The notes under the pieces are model-generated. The model was not told the origin of the DNA. It saw only the letters and a program-made list of their open reading frames with translations, and did no database searches. The position numbers and the translations under genes were made by a program. From positions 1 through 64,000 of the forward strand of contig CAWDPO010000013.1 in NCBI GenBank assembly GCA_963804165.1: DNA of 64,000 nt. The letters are read 5' to 3'. Position 1 is the stretch's first letter; each line of letters starts with the position of its first letter. Shown here piece by piece: positions 9,780 to 18,828 of the stretch. This DNA is from an uncultured delta proteobacterium (lineage in GTDB: Bacteria > Desulfobacterota > Binatia > UBA9968).

Positions 9780-10763
9780 ATGACAGCAGCGATTGCCCTG
9801 ATACTTGGCGCTATCTGTTTCATACTGTCCGCCGCAGCCCCGTCGAGTGGCGCCGAGAAGCTTCGCGTCGCTTATCCCACCCTCGGACCGGGGTCGACGC
9901 CGTCGTGGGTGACGCATGAGATGGGATATTGGAAGAAGAGCGGGTTGGACGTCGAATTGATTCTATTGAGCGGCGGGGCGCGCATGCTGCCGGCGTTGAT
10001 CAGCGGCAGCGTGGATATGATTCTCGGCTCGGACACAGGTGTGACGATCGCGAATCTGCAAGGGGCCAATCTGGTGCGCATCGGCGTGACCATGAATTCG
10101 TTGGGCTACTCGCTGGTGACGCAGCCGGGGATTCGTTCGATCCAGGATTTGAAAGGCAAAGTGCTCGGCGCCGGGCGGGGACGGGATGCGAGCTACGCGC
10201 GCCTGGTAAAGATTCTCAGCGACAACGGCCTCAATCCGGCGAGCGACGTGAAATTTCTGCCGATCGGCGAGACGCCTACCGGACGGCTGCAAGCGATCAA
10301 AAGCGGATTGATTCACGGCGCTGTATTTACGCCGCCCCTCGATCTGGTGGGCAGCCGCGACGGTTTGAGAATCCTGCACAAGATCGACGTGCCGACGCTG
10401 GGCGGCGGCATTAACACGACCGCGCCGTTGGTGCAGCAAAATCGTAAAGCATTGCTGACTTTTCTACGCGCCTACATGGAAGGGATCCGCTACATGGTCA
10501 CGCACAAGCAGGAGAGTCTGAAAGTGTTCTTCAAATATTTCAGAAACCCGGACAGCGAGGCGCTCGCCTACCTGTATGACGACACCGTGCCGCGTATTCA
10601 AAAAGATCTGCGGCCGAATCCGGAATCGGTGCGGTCGATTCTCGACCAGATCGCCATCGACGACCCGCGCGCCAAACAACTGAGCGAGAAAGACCATTGG
10701 AACTTGACTCTCCTGGACGAGATCCATAAGTCCGGGTTTGTGGATAGGCCGTACAAGCAATGA
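9780..10763 (+). CDS. ABC transporter substrate-binding protein (NMT1/SsuA/TauA-like)
   Basis: Signal peptide, KLRVAY, GLDVELI, IQDLKGK motifs; GGAGG RBS upstream. Confidence 0.85.
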   Translation: MTAAIALILGAICFILSAAAPSSGAEKLRVAYPTLGPGSTPSWVTHEMGYWKKSGLDVELILLSGGARMLPALISGSVDMILGSDTGVTIANLQGANLVRIGVTMNSLGYSLVTQPGIRSIQDLKGKVLGAGRGRDASYARLVKILSDNGLNPASDVKFLPIGETPTGRLQAIKSGLIHGAVFTPPLDLVGSRDGLRILHKIDVPTLGGGINTTAPLVQQNRKALLTFLRAYMEGIRYMVTHKQESLKVFFKYFRNPDSEALAYLYDDTVPRIQKDLRPNPESVRSILDQIAIDDPRAKQLSEKDHWNLTLLDEIHKSGFVDRPYKQ

Positions 10764-10818
10764 GGTTGGGGCATTGGGTCTGGCATTACATTCCTATCAA
10801 TCTTCGCTATCGGGGACA

Positions 10819-10998
10819 GCATTGGTATCAGGTTTGACAGATTGACGGATAGGAAAGACTGCTGCATGACGAATCCAACTACGGTGAATCTCGAAATAGC
10901 GAGGCAAACGTCTGGCCTAATCAAAAAAGCGGAACCATCGGATCACCGTCTCATGCTTGAAGATCCAGCGTGTTCGTTTGACGAATTTTCTGCTTGTT
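10819..10998. repeat. ~170-bp diverged direct repeat, copy B
   Basis: See 9324-9496. Confidence 0.8.
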
Positions 10999-11101
10999 TC
11001 CGCCTGAGGGTCGGATCCGTGAGCGCGCCCGCTCGTTCACGAATCCGACCCGACAATCGATGCATTGACCGGTACTCAACGCAGCACAGAGGCAAGCAGG
11101 C

Positions 11102-12274
11102 TCAGTGCAGATCCGGTCGAAAATAGAGCATCTCGTCGAGATGCGCCGTGCTGTAGATCATCGGGATACTGGCTGGGCGTCGATAGCGGAGAGCCACATC
11201 GACGACTTCGCCCTTGGCGACCATCCTGTAGATCTCCAACGTCGCGTCCGGCTGGAGGCTTAGATAGTCGCCGCCGATCTGATGTTGCAGGTTGGCAAAG
11301 TTGGCAACCACATCCGGACGGCTGGAGACGATGTCTTTGTAAAGCTTGGTGCGACGATCCACGAGCTTCGAGACCGGGCGCGACGTTCCCAAACCTTCTT
11401 GCACATAGAGTTTGACCTTGTTGGTCACATACGACTCGCCGCTGGTGGTGAGCTCGGTGAAGTTCGCGCCGCGCACGACGTCGACGTAGGAAGAAACAAG
11501 ACGGCTGATGCTTACGGTTTGACTCGGGAAAGTCACCGCCGACCCGCCGGAGCCATTCTCCGTGATGGTCACGCTCAACATATTGCCGGCGTCACGGCTG
11601 ATGCGGGCGCTTACGCTATCTCCCGACCACAGGCCGCTCCACATCGATGCATTGGTATTCATCATCGGCTCGGGTATCGGTTTCACGTTCTTCTTATCCG
11701 AGAAGGACGGAATCTTCGTTTCGCTGGGAGCCGCCGTGCCGTTCACCACGAGCGTCATGTTGACGCCGATCTTTGCGCCGCTGATGACCATCGGCGGACA
11801 AATGAATACCCATGGGAGACCGTCGATCACGTGATCTCCACCGCCCGGGCCCGCAATGATTCCACTGATTTGCAAGCCGGGAGGTGTCTTGTCGCGGTCG
11901 TCGAACTGGCCGGGCCCGATGCTCTGACGCGGATCGAATCGCGTCGTTTCGAATTTTGCTCCATCGTCCCAATCGAACGTGAAGAAGGGAATGTTCCAGT
12001 GGACCTTGATAAACGCAGTCCCCGGCATCCCGACGAACTCGGTGAAAAGTGTTCGGAAGAGAGCCCAGCCTTCGGTGCCGGTGCCGATGCTGCCGATGAG
12101 CGGGATGTCTCCGCCGCTGACTGCCTCGAAGGTGCGGGTTTCTCCGGGCTTGATCACATTGGTACTCTCGGACGGACCCTTGCCATCCGACCACACGCCA
12201 TGATCCAAATGATCATCCACCCAGGTGATATCGCCGTTGCCGGCGTTACGGATATTACAGGTCATGATACGCAT
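11102..12274 (-). CDS. Protein with N-terminal aegerolysin/Cry34(ET79)-like domain and unknown C-terminal region
   Basis: IRN..DHLDHGVW..P..IKPGE..S..TGTEGW..VHWNIPF pattern recalls aegerolysins; AAGGAG RBS. Confidence 0.55.
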   Translation of the reverse strand: MRIMTCNIRNAGNGDITWVDDHLDHGVWSDGKGPSESTNVIKPGETRTFEAVSGGDIPLIGSIGTGTEGWALFRTLFTEFVGMPGTAFIKVHWNIPFFTFDWDDGAKFETTRFDPRQSIGPGQFDDRDKTPPGLQISGIIAGPGGGDHVIDGLPWVFICPPMVISGAKIGVNMTLVVNGTAAPSETKIPSFSDKKNVKPIPEPMMNTNASMWSGLWSGDSVSARISRDAGNMLSVTITENGSGGSAVTFPSQTVSISRLVSSYVDVVRGANFTELTTSGESYVTNKVKLYVQEGLGTSRPVSKLVDRRTKLYKDIVSSRPDVVANFANLQHQIGGDYLSLQPDATLEIYRMVAKGEVVDVALRYRRPASIPMIYSTAHLDEMLYFRPDLH

Positions 12275-12541
12275 TTAAATCTCCTTCTCTCCGTCTTTGA
12301 CGGTGCTGACTTAGATTTGTCATGCAGTAGAGCAAGCGAGATACCACGCGTTCCGCCTGCGTCCAATCTCGCGCGAAGGTCCGAAATTATTGGAAAAACT
12401 GTTTAGAGGCGAGTTTTTGTGTTTCTGCTCATGCAACTTTGGTTGACGGTAAGCGCCCACGCGGTTTACAGCCAGACGCTCGACGAGGGTTGATGTCGTG
12501 TGCCAAGGGGTGGAGCCACTTTCTGTCGCTTGGCGCATTTG

Positions 12542-12812
12542 TCAGCGATAAATCTCGTGGGTTCCGACATCGTAATAGAGGACTTCGTTCGGACCGAGAA
12601 AGCGAAATAGCACGCGATACTCGCGGTTGACCGAGTAGGCCCAATAAGCTGAGAGATCCCCTTTTAGTTTGTGAGTCCGGAGACGCGGATCAAAGGCGTC
12701 TTTGCGAAACCATTGGTCCTTGCGGGTCGCGAGATTTTGAATGTGTTGGGTAGCGGAGGTAGGCTTTCTCAAAATCGGGTGTGATTTTAACGGTGGTGAT
12801 CGGCGGGGGCAT
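12542..12812 (-). CDS. RelE/YafQ/YoeB-like mRNA interferase toxin (apparent 1-nt frameshift near 12750)
   Basis: MPPPITTVKITPDFEKAYL.. joins ..QHIQNLATRK..LRTHKLKGDL..WAYSVNREYRVLF..DVGTHEIYR. Confidence 0.75.
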
Positions 12813-12816
12813 CCGG

Positions 12817-13041
12817 CTACCGAGTTAACTCAGATAACGAAGAGACAGTCTTGGTTTTTCCTTGACGATAGGCGGCATCGCCGCGGGATATTTTCTCCAG
12901 CGCGTCCCCGATTTCAGCGAGACGCCGCTTTAACGCGGTATACTCTGCGTCATCGACAAGCACCAGTTTTTTCCCCGCCAGTTTCTTCGGTACGCGAATC
13001 GAAAGCAAATTTTCCGCTGGCGAAGACGCTTGCTTACGCAT
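12817..13041 (-). CDS. Probable type II antitoxin (74 aa)
   Basis: Small ORF with GGAGG RBS ending 4 nt before the toxin start; C-terminus ..GKTKTVSSLSEL. Confidence 0.65.
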   Translation of the reverse strand: MRKQASSPAENLLSIRVPKKLAGKKLVLVDDAEYTALKRRLAEIGDALEKISRGDAAYRQGKTKTVSSLSELTR

Positions 13042-13331
13042 AACGGACCTCCAAAGTTCCTCCATCATATCCAACTGGAACCTGTTTCTCCACTCGCGGA
13101 TCGGCCGGTTACTGACGCCTCGCATTGTATTCCTATCAATCTTCGATCTCGTGTCGACAAAATCCCAATGAGAATCAATTTCAGATCTGCAAGGTTTCAC
13201 GCAGCTCGTAGACGCGCCGATGCTCGTCACCTTTGCTTCAGCTTGCGATTCCAATCGTTCCAAATGACTGCACTGAACCTGTCGGAGGGTTCGACGGCTG
13301 ACTACCGCTGCTTTTTGCTCCGAGCATTCCC

Positions 13332-13361
13332 TTGACACCTTCGCGGCGCTCGCCCTATGCT
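13332..13361 (+). promoter_or_regulatory. Putative sigma70 promoter
   Basis: TTGACA-N18-TATGCT; shares CTTGACACCTTCG with the promoter at 9689. Confidence 0.5.
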
Positions 13362-13405
13362 TCGCGGGTGTTTTCTGTCCTAACCCAGGCAGTCCGGAGG
13401 TTGCG

Positions 13406-14434
13406 ATGAAACGCTTCGCGTGCGCGCTGTTGTTTCTGTTGGCGTCGGCAACGAATCTGCAAGCTCAGGTGCCGTTCTATCAAGGAAAAACCATCCGGAT
13501 CATCGTCGGCAATCTTGCCGGCGACGCCTACGATCTTTGGGCGCGGATCTTCGCTCAGCACATGGGCAAGTACATACCGGGGAATCCCACCTTCATCGTG
13601 CAGAACATGACCGGCGCGGGAGGAGTGGTGGCGGCCAACTATGTTTATACCGTGGCGAAGCCGGACGGTCTGACTCTCGGCACCTTCGGGCCGTCGATGT
13701 ACTTCGACCAACTGGCGCGGCGCCCGGAAGTGCAGTTCGACTGGGCGAAGTTCACCTGGATCGGCACGCCGGAGCAAACCGAGTTTATTTTAATCATGAG
13801 GACGGACAATCCGTATCAATCGATCGAGGACGTGCGCAAGGCGGCGCAGCCGCCCAAGTGCGGCGCCACGGGCACGAGCACTTCCGGCTATTACATGCCG
13901 AAATTTTTGGACGAGGCGATGGGGATCAAATTCAACATCGTGACCGGTTATCCCGGCGGCGGCGAGATCGACCTCGGCATCGAGCGCGGCGAGCTGCACT
14001 GCCGGAACCTGACGATCAGCACCTATTTCGCCCGCGAGCCATTTCTGACCTGGCACAAAAAAGGATTTGTGCGGCCGATCCTGCAAACGGGGAAAAAAAG
14101 AGATCCTCTGGTTGCCGACGTTCCGTCCATCTATGAATTGATGGACCAACACAAAACGCCGGAGGCGACCCGGCGGGTGGCCTCGGTGCTGCTCGCCCCC
14201 GCGGTCTTCGGCCGGCCGATGGTGGCGACGCCGGGCGTACCGCCCGACCGGGTGAAAATCTTGCGCGACGGCTATCACCGCTCGCTCAAAGATCCCGCGC
14301 TGCTGGAAGACTTGAAGAAGCGGCGCTGGTCGGTGGACGCGATCAGCGGCGAGGAGTTGGCGAAGCTGGCGAAGGAAGTAGTGTCGCAGCCGCCGGATGT
14401 CGTCGAGCGGATGATGAAATTGTTAGGCAATTAG
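13406..14434 (+). CDS. TctC/Bug-family tripartite tricarboxylate transporter substrate-binding protein
   Basis: FYQGKTIRIIVG, IPGNPTFIVQNMTGAGG, KPDGLT, GYPGGGEIDLGIERGE. Confidence 0.9.
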   Translation: MKRFACALLFLLASATNLQAQVPFYQGKTIRIIVGNLAGDAYDLWARIFAQHMGKYIPGNPTFIVQNMTGAGGVVAANYVYTVAKPDGLTLGTFGPSMYFDQLARRPEVQFDWAKFTWIGTPEQTEFILIMRTDNPYQSIEDVRKAAQPPKCGATGTSTSGYYMPKFLDEAMGIKFNIVTGYPGGGEIDLGIERGELHCRNLTISTYFAREPFLTWHKKGFVRPILQTGKKRDPLVADVPSIYELMDQHKTPEATRRVASVLLAPAVFGRPMVATPGVPPDRVKILRDGYHRSLKDPALLEDLKKRRWSVDAISGEELAKLAKEVVSQPPDVVERMMKLLGN

Positions 14435-14439
14435 ACGAG

Positions 14440-14552
14440 GTTCAAATCGTTCAAGACGTTTAGCAATAAGGGCGCGTTCCAATCGTTCCAGTTGTTCCAT
14501 CGCTTCGCTTCGTTCCAATCGTCTAAGGAAGCCAAGGTTCCAATCGTTCCAG
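14440..14552. repeat. GTTC(C)AATCGTT tandem-unit intergenic repeat
   Basis: GTTCAAATCGTTCAAG..GTTCCAATCGTTCCAG..CGCTTCGCTTCGTTCCAATC between convergent genes. Confidence 0.75.
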
Positions 14553-14575
14553 CTTCGCGCCGACCCAAAACGACT

Positions 14576-16099
14576 TCACTCGAACTTCGGCTTCTCTTTG
14601 AGATAATACTTTGCGAGCAGCGGGCGGTAACGCTCCATGAGCTCTTTGTTGAGATGAAGCGGCGGCTTTTGGTCCGGCGGTAGAAACGACTTGTACTGAA
14701 ATCCGGCCGTCTCCTTCTTGAAGGTATTCTTTGCTTCCTCGACCAGCTTCGGATCGGCGAGGAAATCGACGACCGAGGCGGCGAGGACCTTGGCGCCGGC
14801 CACCGCTCCTTTGTGCGCGATCGAAGTTGCCGGCGCCACGCCGGCGGCCCAGTGGTGATTCGGAATATTCGGTATGTTGCTGGGAAAAGTGACCCGGCCC
14901 GTCGGCACAATCCACGTCACCTCTCCGGCATCGTTGGACGAAGCGCCCTGGCGCGATTCGCGCAGCGGCGAGATCTCTTTGTGCAGCCCCTCTTGTTTGC
15001 CTTTGAGATTGCGCTGCAATGCCTTGGCCAGGTTGTGTTCCTCTTCGGTCCATTTAGGCATACCGACCATCTCGACATTTTTCTGTGTCACTTCCGCCAT
15101 CGTCCGGTTGCCGCGAGTCGGCCAGATCGCGCTGAAAACCTGCACGCTATATTCGGTGTTCGTCATCAGCGCCGCGCCCTGCGCGACTTTTTTGGCCTTC
15201 TCGAAATTTTCCTGCGCCCGGTCGATGGTGGTTTCCCGGAAGAACCACCAGATCTTCGCCGTGGCGGGAATAACGTTGGGCTGATCGCCGCCGTAGTTGA
15301 TCACACGGTGACTTCGGTGCGTCGGCTCGAGGTGCTCGCGCAGCTTATCGAAACCCATGCTCATGAGCTCCGCCGCGTCGAGCGCGTCGCGGCCCGCCCA
15401 GGGCGCCGAAGCGGAGTGGGCGCTCTGTCCCTTGAAAGTAAACTCCGCGGAGATCAAAGCGTACTGCCGGAGGCCATATTCCGTTCTCAGGTCTTCGCCG
15501 ATATGCGTGTGAAACGCCACGTCGACGTCCTTGAAATAGCCATCGCGCACGAAGTAGGGCCGGGGAATTAAAAGTTCCTCGGCCGGAGCGCCGAAGATTT
15601 TGAGCGTTCCCGGCAGCTTGTACTCGTCCATCGCCTTTTTCACGGCAAAGGCCGCTCCGATCATGACCGCGGCGTTGACGTTATGGCCCTCGGCATGCCC
15701 GGGCGCGCCCTCGACCAGCGGCTTGTGCTCCGGCACTCCCGGCGTCTGAGAATTTCCCGGTGTGGTATCGTACTCGGTATGAATTGCGATGACCGGCGTG
15801 CCCGAACCGTAGGTCGCCATGAATGCGGTGGGCATCCCCGAGATTCCCCGCTGCACTTTAAAACCCGCGTCTTCGAGGATTTGCGTCATGAGTTTCGCTG
15901 TCTCGAATTCCTGCAACCCGAGCTCGGCGAAGTAGTAGATGTTATCGCCCAACAGGGCGATCGCCTTGCTGTTGCGCTCGACGACCTTGAATATAAATTC
16001 CTTTTCCTTGCCGGGAGTCGCTTTCTCCGCCGTGCGCGCCGCAGACGCCAAAAGCAACAGCGCGGCAAATGTGAATATCAATGATTTTTTCAAAAACAT
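14576..16099 (-). CDS. M20-family amidohydrolase (AbgB-like), with signal peptide
   Basis: ELGLQEFET, PGHAEGHN, GAPAEE, F.G.SAH..PW.GRDALDA motifs. Confidence 0.85.
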   Translation of the reverse strand: MFLKKSLIFTFAALLLLASAARTAEKATPGKEKEFIFKVVERNSKAIALLGDNIYYFAELGLQEFETAKLMTQILEDAGFKVQRGISGMPTAFMATYGSGTPVIAIHTEYDTTPGNSQTPGVPEHKPLVEGAPGHAEGHNVNAAVMIGAAFAVKKAMDEYKLPGTLKIFGAPAEELLIPRPYFVRDGYFKDVDVAFHTHIGEDLRTEYGLRQYALISAEFTFKGQSAHSASAPWAGRDALDAAELMSMGFDKLREHLEPTHRSHRVINYGGDQPNVIPATAKIWWFFRETTIDRAQENFEKAKKVAQGAALMTNTEYSVQVFSAIWPTRGNRTMAEVTQKNVEMVGMPKWTEEEHNLAKALQRNLKGKQEGLHKEISPLRESRQGASSNDAGEVTWIVPTGRVTFPSNIPNIPNHHWAAGVAPATSIAHKGAVAGAKVLAASVVDFLADPKLVEEAKNTFKKETAGFQYKSFLPPDQKPPLHLNKELMERYRPLLAKYYLKEKPKFE

Positions 16100-16324
16100 C
16101 GGTCGGTCTCCTGTTAAAGTTTTAGATATGCCGTAGGAGCAGATTTCTACGATTCAATATTCTTGTAAGTTTGTGTCTCATCGTTCTTCTCTCCGTGATT
16201 GCCAACCTTCGGAGTCGGACGAATCAAAGGGATAGATATAACATTCATTACCATCGGACCGAAGTGCGGCGCGCAGCATTTTTACTTTCCAGCAATCTCG
16301 AACCTTTGAGCTTTGACTGCAAGT

Positions 16325-17389
16325 TCATTGTTGCGCCATCTTCTTGACGATCTCGCGCGTGGGCCCGGTTGCGGCGCGGAACACGGCGGCATTGACTCTC
16401 TCGGCCTCTTCGCCGACAAAGGTCACCGGCTGAAATTGCAGCATGCGTTCCGCCTCGGCTTTGAACTCCGGGTCGGCAAAAGTGTCGCCGACCGCTTTTC
16501 TGATGACCTGCAGCAACTCGTTGGGCGTTTTCGGCGGCACCGTGATGAAGCGCAGCATGGTGCGCGACCCGCCAGAGATTTTGTAAGCGTCGGCCAAAGG
16601 TCCGGCAGGATCGCTGCCCTTCACTTTCCGAAAAAACTCAGGGAAAGAAGGGAGCTCGGATCGAGAATCGCGAACCGTGTTTCCCTCGGGTCCGAGCAAG
16701 CCTTCCTGATAAAGCGGCACCACCGTGCCTTCGCGGACCATCAATGTGCCGCCGGTATTGTATCCGGTCAAACTTTCGGAAGTGACGTTGATTTCGCCGC
16801 GCTGTACGGCGACGCGAAGCTCGGCGACGCCTGCATAACCCGTGACGTACCGATAGGGAATGCCCAGGAGATCGAACGCGAGACGAAGCGCCAGGTCTTT
16901 GTTGTTCTCGCGGGTGAAACCGCCGACGATGATCGGCTTGGCGGGCTTCAATAAATCCGCCGGGCTTTTCACCTCGGTGTCGGTGCGGATGTAGACAATG
17001 GAGGTTTCGGCGGCTCCGGCGATGATCGGCATTTTGTTCAGATCGTAGCGCACGCCGGCGCCGCCGAGGATCTGCGGTAAGTACATGCCCGAGAAAACGC
17101 CGATGGTCAGCCCATCGGGTTTGGCGATTTCGTAGACGTAGTTGGCGCCGATGATGCCGCCGGCGCCGGCCATGTTTTGCACCATGACCGCCGGGTTGCC
17201 GGCAACATGCTTGGGAAAGTAGCGAGCAATGAGCCTGCCGAACACATCCGTGGGGCCGCCGGCCGAGAAGTTTACGAGGAAGCGAATGGTCTTGCCTTTA
17301 TAAAAAGGTTCCTGCGCGTGGGTAAGTGAAAAACTGACTTGAAGCAGAAAGACGAGGGCCAAACTCGCAAGGAAGAATCGTTTGTTCAT
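16325..17389 (-). CDS. TctC/Bug-family substrate-binding protein
   Basis: FYKGKTIRFLVNFSAGGPTD, GNPAVMVQNMAGAGG, KPDGLT. Confidence 0.9.
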   Translation of the reverse strand: MNKRFFLASLALVFLLQVSFSLTHAQEPFYKGKTIRFLVNFSAGGPTDVFGRLIARYFPKHVAGNPAVMVQNMAGAGGIIGANYVYEIAKPDGLTIGVFSGMYLPQILGGAGVRYDLNKMPIIAGAAETSIVYIRTDTEVKSPADLLKPAKPIIVGGFTRENNKDLALRLAFDLLGIPYRYVTGYAGVAELRVAVQRGEINVTSESLTGYNTGGTLMVREGTVVPLYQEGLLGPEGNTVRDSRSELPSFPEFFRKVKGSDPAGPLADAYKISGGSRTMLRFITVPPKTPNELLQVIRKAVGDTFADPEFKAEAERMLQFQPVTFVGEEAERVNAAVFRAATGPTREIVKKMAQQ

Positions 17390-17414
17390 GGCGTTGCTCC
17401 TCATATTAATGAGG

Positions 17415-17520
17415 GTTCAAATCGTTCAAACCGTTCAATCGCTTGCGCTCCGTTCAAATGGTTTAAGATGTTCCAATCGTTCCAGAGGGTTCCACGGCTT
17501 TGCACGTTTCCAATCGTTTA
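17415..17520. repeat. GTTCAAATCGTT-type intergenic repeat
   Basis: GTTCAAATCGTTCAAACCGTTCAATCGCTTGCGCTCCGTTCAAATGG. Confidence 0.75.
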
Positions 17521-17616
17521 GCATTACTGAGGTTCAAATTGGTCAGGTGGCTCGACCAAAGCTCACCATGAACGGTATTCGTCAAAGCGTGTTAGTTAAT
17601 TTAACCGCCGCCTATT

Positions 17617-18624
17617 TTACAGGCTGCGTCGAAGTTCCTGGGCAGCTTCGACCAGCACGCGCGCCTTGGCACGCGCGAGCTCGGGACTGATGGTCATCAG
17701 GCCGCAATCCGGCACGAGCAGGAGATTTTCCGGGTTCACGTGCTTGAGCGCCGGACGGACGCGCGCGACGACGGCGGATACCGACGGCGCAGGCGAGTCT
17801 CCCGGATCGACGCAGCCGAACATCACTAAACGTCCCTGACAAATTTTCAGCACGCTCGTATCGTAGTTGCTTCTGGCAAACTCCACGGCGAAGCCGCCGA
17901 TCCGCGTTTTCATCAGTTGTTCCAAGAGCTCGGGATATTCATACTCATGCTGGCCGCCGCCGCCCGGGTATCCGTAGCAGAGATGCACGATCGTCGGTAT
18001 GTGAATGCCCTCGAGGCAGCGGTCGAGAGCGCGGGCGCCGTAGGCCCTAACTTTCTCGTGGTAGCGCGTCATTGCCGGCTCGTCGATCTGCACCACGTCG
18101 CACCCGGCGGCCTGCAGATCCAACAGCTCCAGATTGAGCACCGAAGCGAAATCGATGGCGAGCGCTTCCTCGTCTCCATAAGCTTCATCCAGGGTGCTAT
18201 CGACCACGGTAGAAGGTCCCGGCACGGCGATTTTGATCGGGCGCGCGGTGTGTGCCCGGGCGAATCGAAGATCTGCCAAAACGGCTGGGGAGCGGCGTTT
18301 CACTTTGCCGACCACGCGGGGCACCATGCGCTGCTGCGCGATACGCCGGTAGTTGTTTTTGACACCGAGATTGACCGTGTCTATGCCCTCGCATGCGGCG
18401 AGCACGTGGCTAATAAAATGAAGCCGTCTTTGTTCGCCGTCGGTGAGCAGATCCAAACCGATATCTTCCTGCCGCTTGAGGATCAGCAGCGTCGCATCGT
18501 CCAAAGCTTCTTGAAGTAAAGCGCCCTCGAGGCGAAACGTGATATGACTGCGGGTGCGATCCGCGAGCCAACCCGGGCGGGGAAAACTTCCCACGGTCGT
18601 TGTCGCAATAAGCGGGAGATGCAT
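17617..18624 (-). CDS. Cobalamin-independent methionine synthase II family protein (MetE C-terminal-like)
   Basis: TTTVGSFPRP, TDGEQRR, VQIDEP, HLCYG and PDCG zinc ligands. Confidence 0.85.
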   Translation of the reverse strand: MHLPLIATTTVGSFPRPGWLADRTRSHITFRLEGALLQEALDDATLLILKRQEDIGLDLLTDGEQRRLHFISHVLAACEGIDTVNLGVKNNYRRIAQQRMVPRVVGKVKRRSPAVLADLRFARAHTARPIKIAVPGPSTVVDSTLDEAYGDEEALAIDFASVLNLELLDLQAAGCDVVQIDEPAMTRYHEKVRAYGARALDRCLEGIHIPTIVHLCYGYPGGGGQHEYEYPELLEQLMKTRIGGFAVEFARSNYDTSVLKICQGRLVMFGCVDPGDSPAPSVSAVVARVRPALKHVNPENLLLVPDCGLMTISPELARAKARVLVEAAQELRRSL

Positions 18625-18828
18625 GAGTCCTCCGATTTCTCGAACCGTAGGCGACCATAGCCAATGCGATCTTGCGGTGTCAATCATGCTTCGCCGTGGA
18701 GCCGCGGTGAATCGCTACTTTGTTTTCCACGGACTATTCGGAGGAACGGTTCGAAACATTCAACAACCGGTCGTTCTTTGCTGTGGTTGACCGCCGATCA
18801 AACCGACGCGCGTAGGAGGAGTCCTGGA

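Noticed and set aside
11282-12406. 374-aa plus-strand ORF, and similar long antisense ORFs (8176-8925, 14813-15571, 21455-22768, 28838-29710)
   Set aside because: Shadow ORFs of GC-rich genes on the opposite strand or frame; no recognisable motifs, except SBP remnant residues at the start of 21455-22768
14440-14552. GTTCAA/GTTCCAAT repeats as a CRISPR array
   Set aside because: Units are 8-9 nt and irregular, with no constant 25-45-nt repeat, no unique spacers and no cas genes
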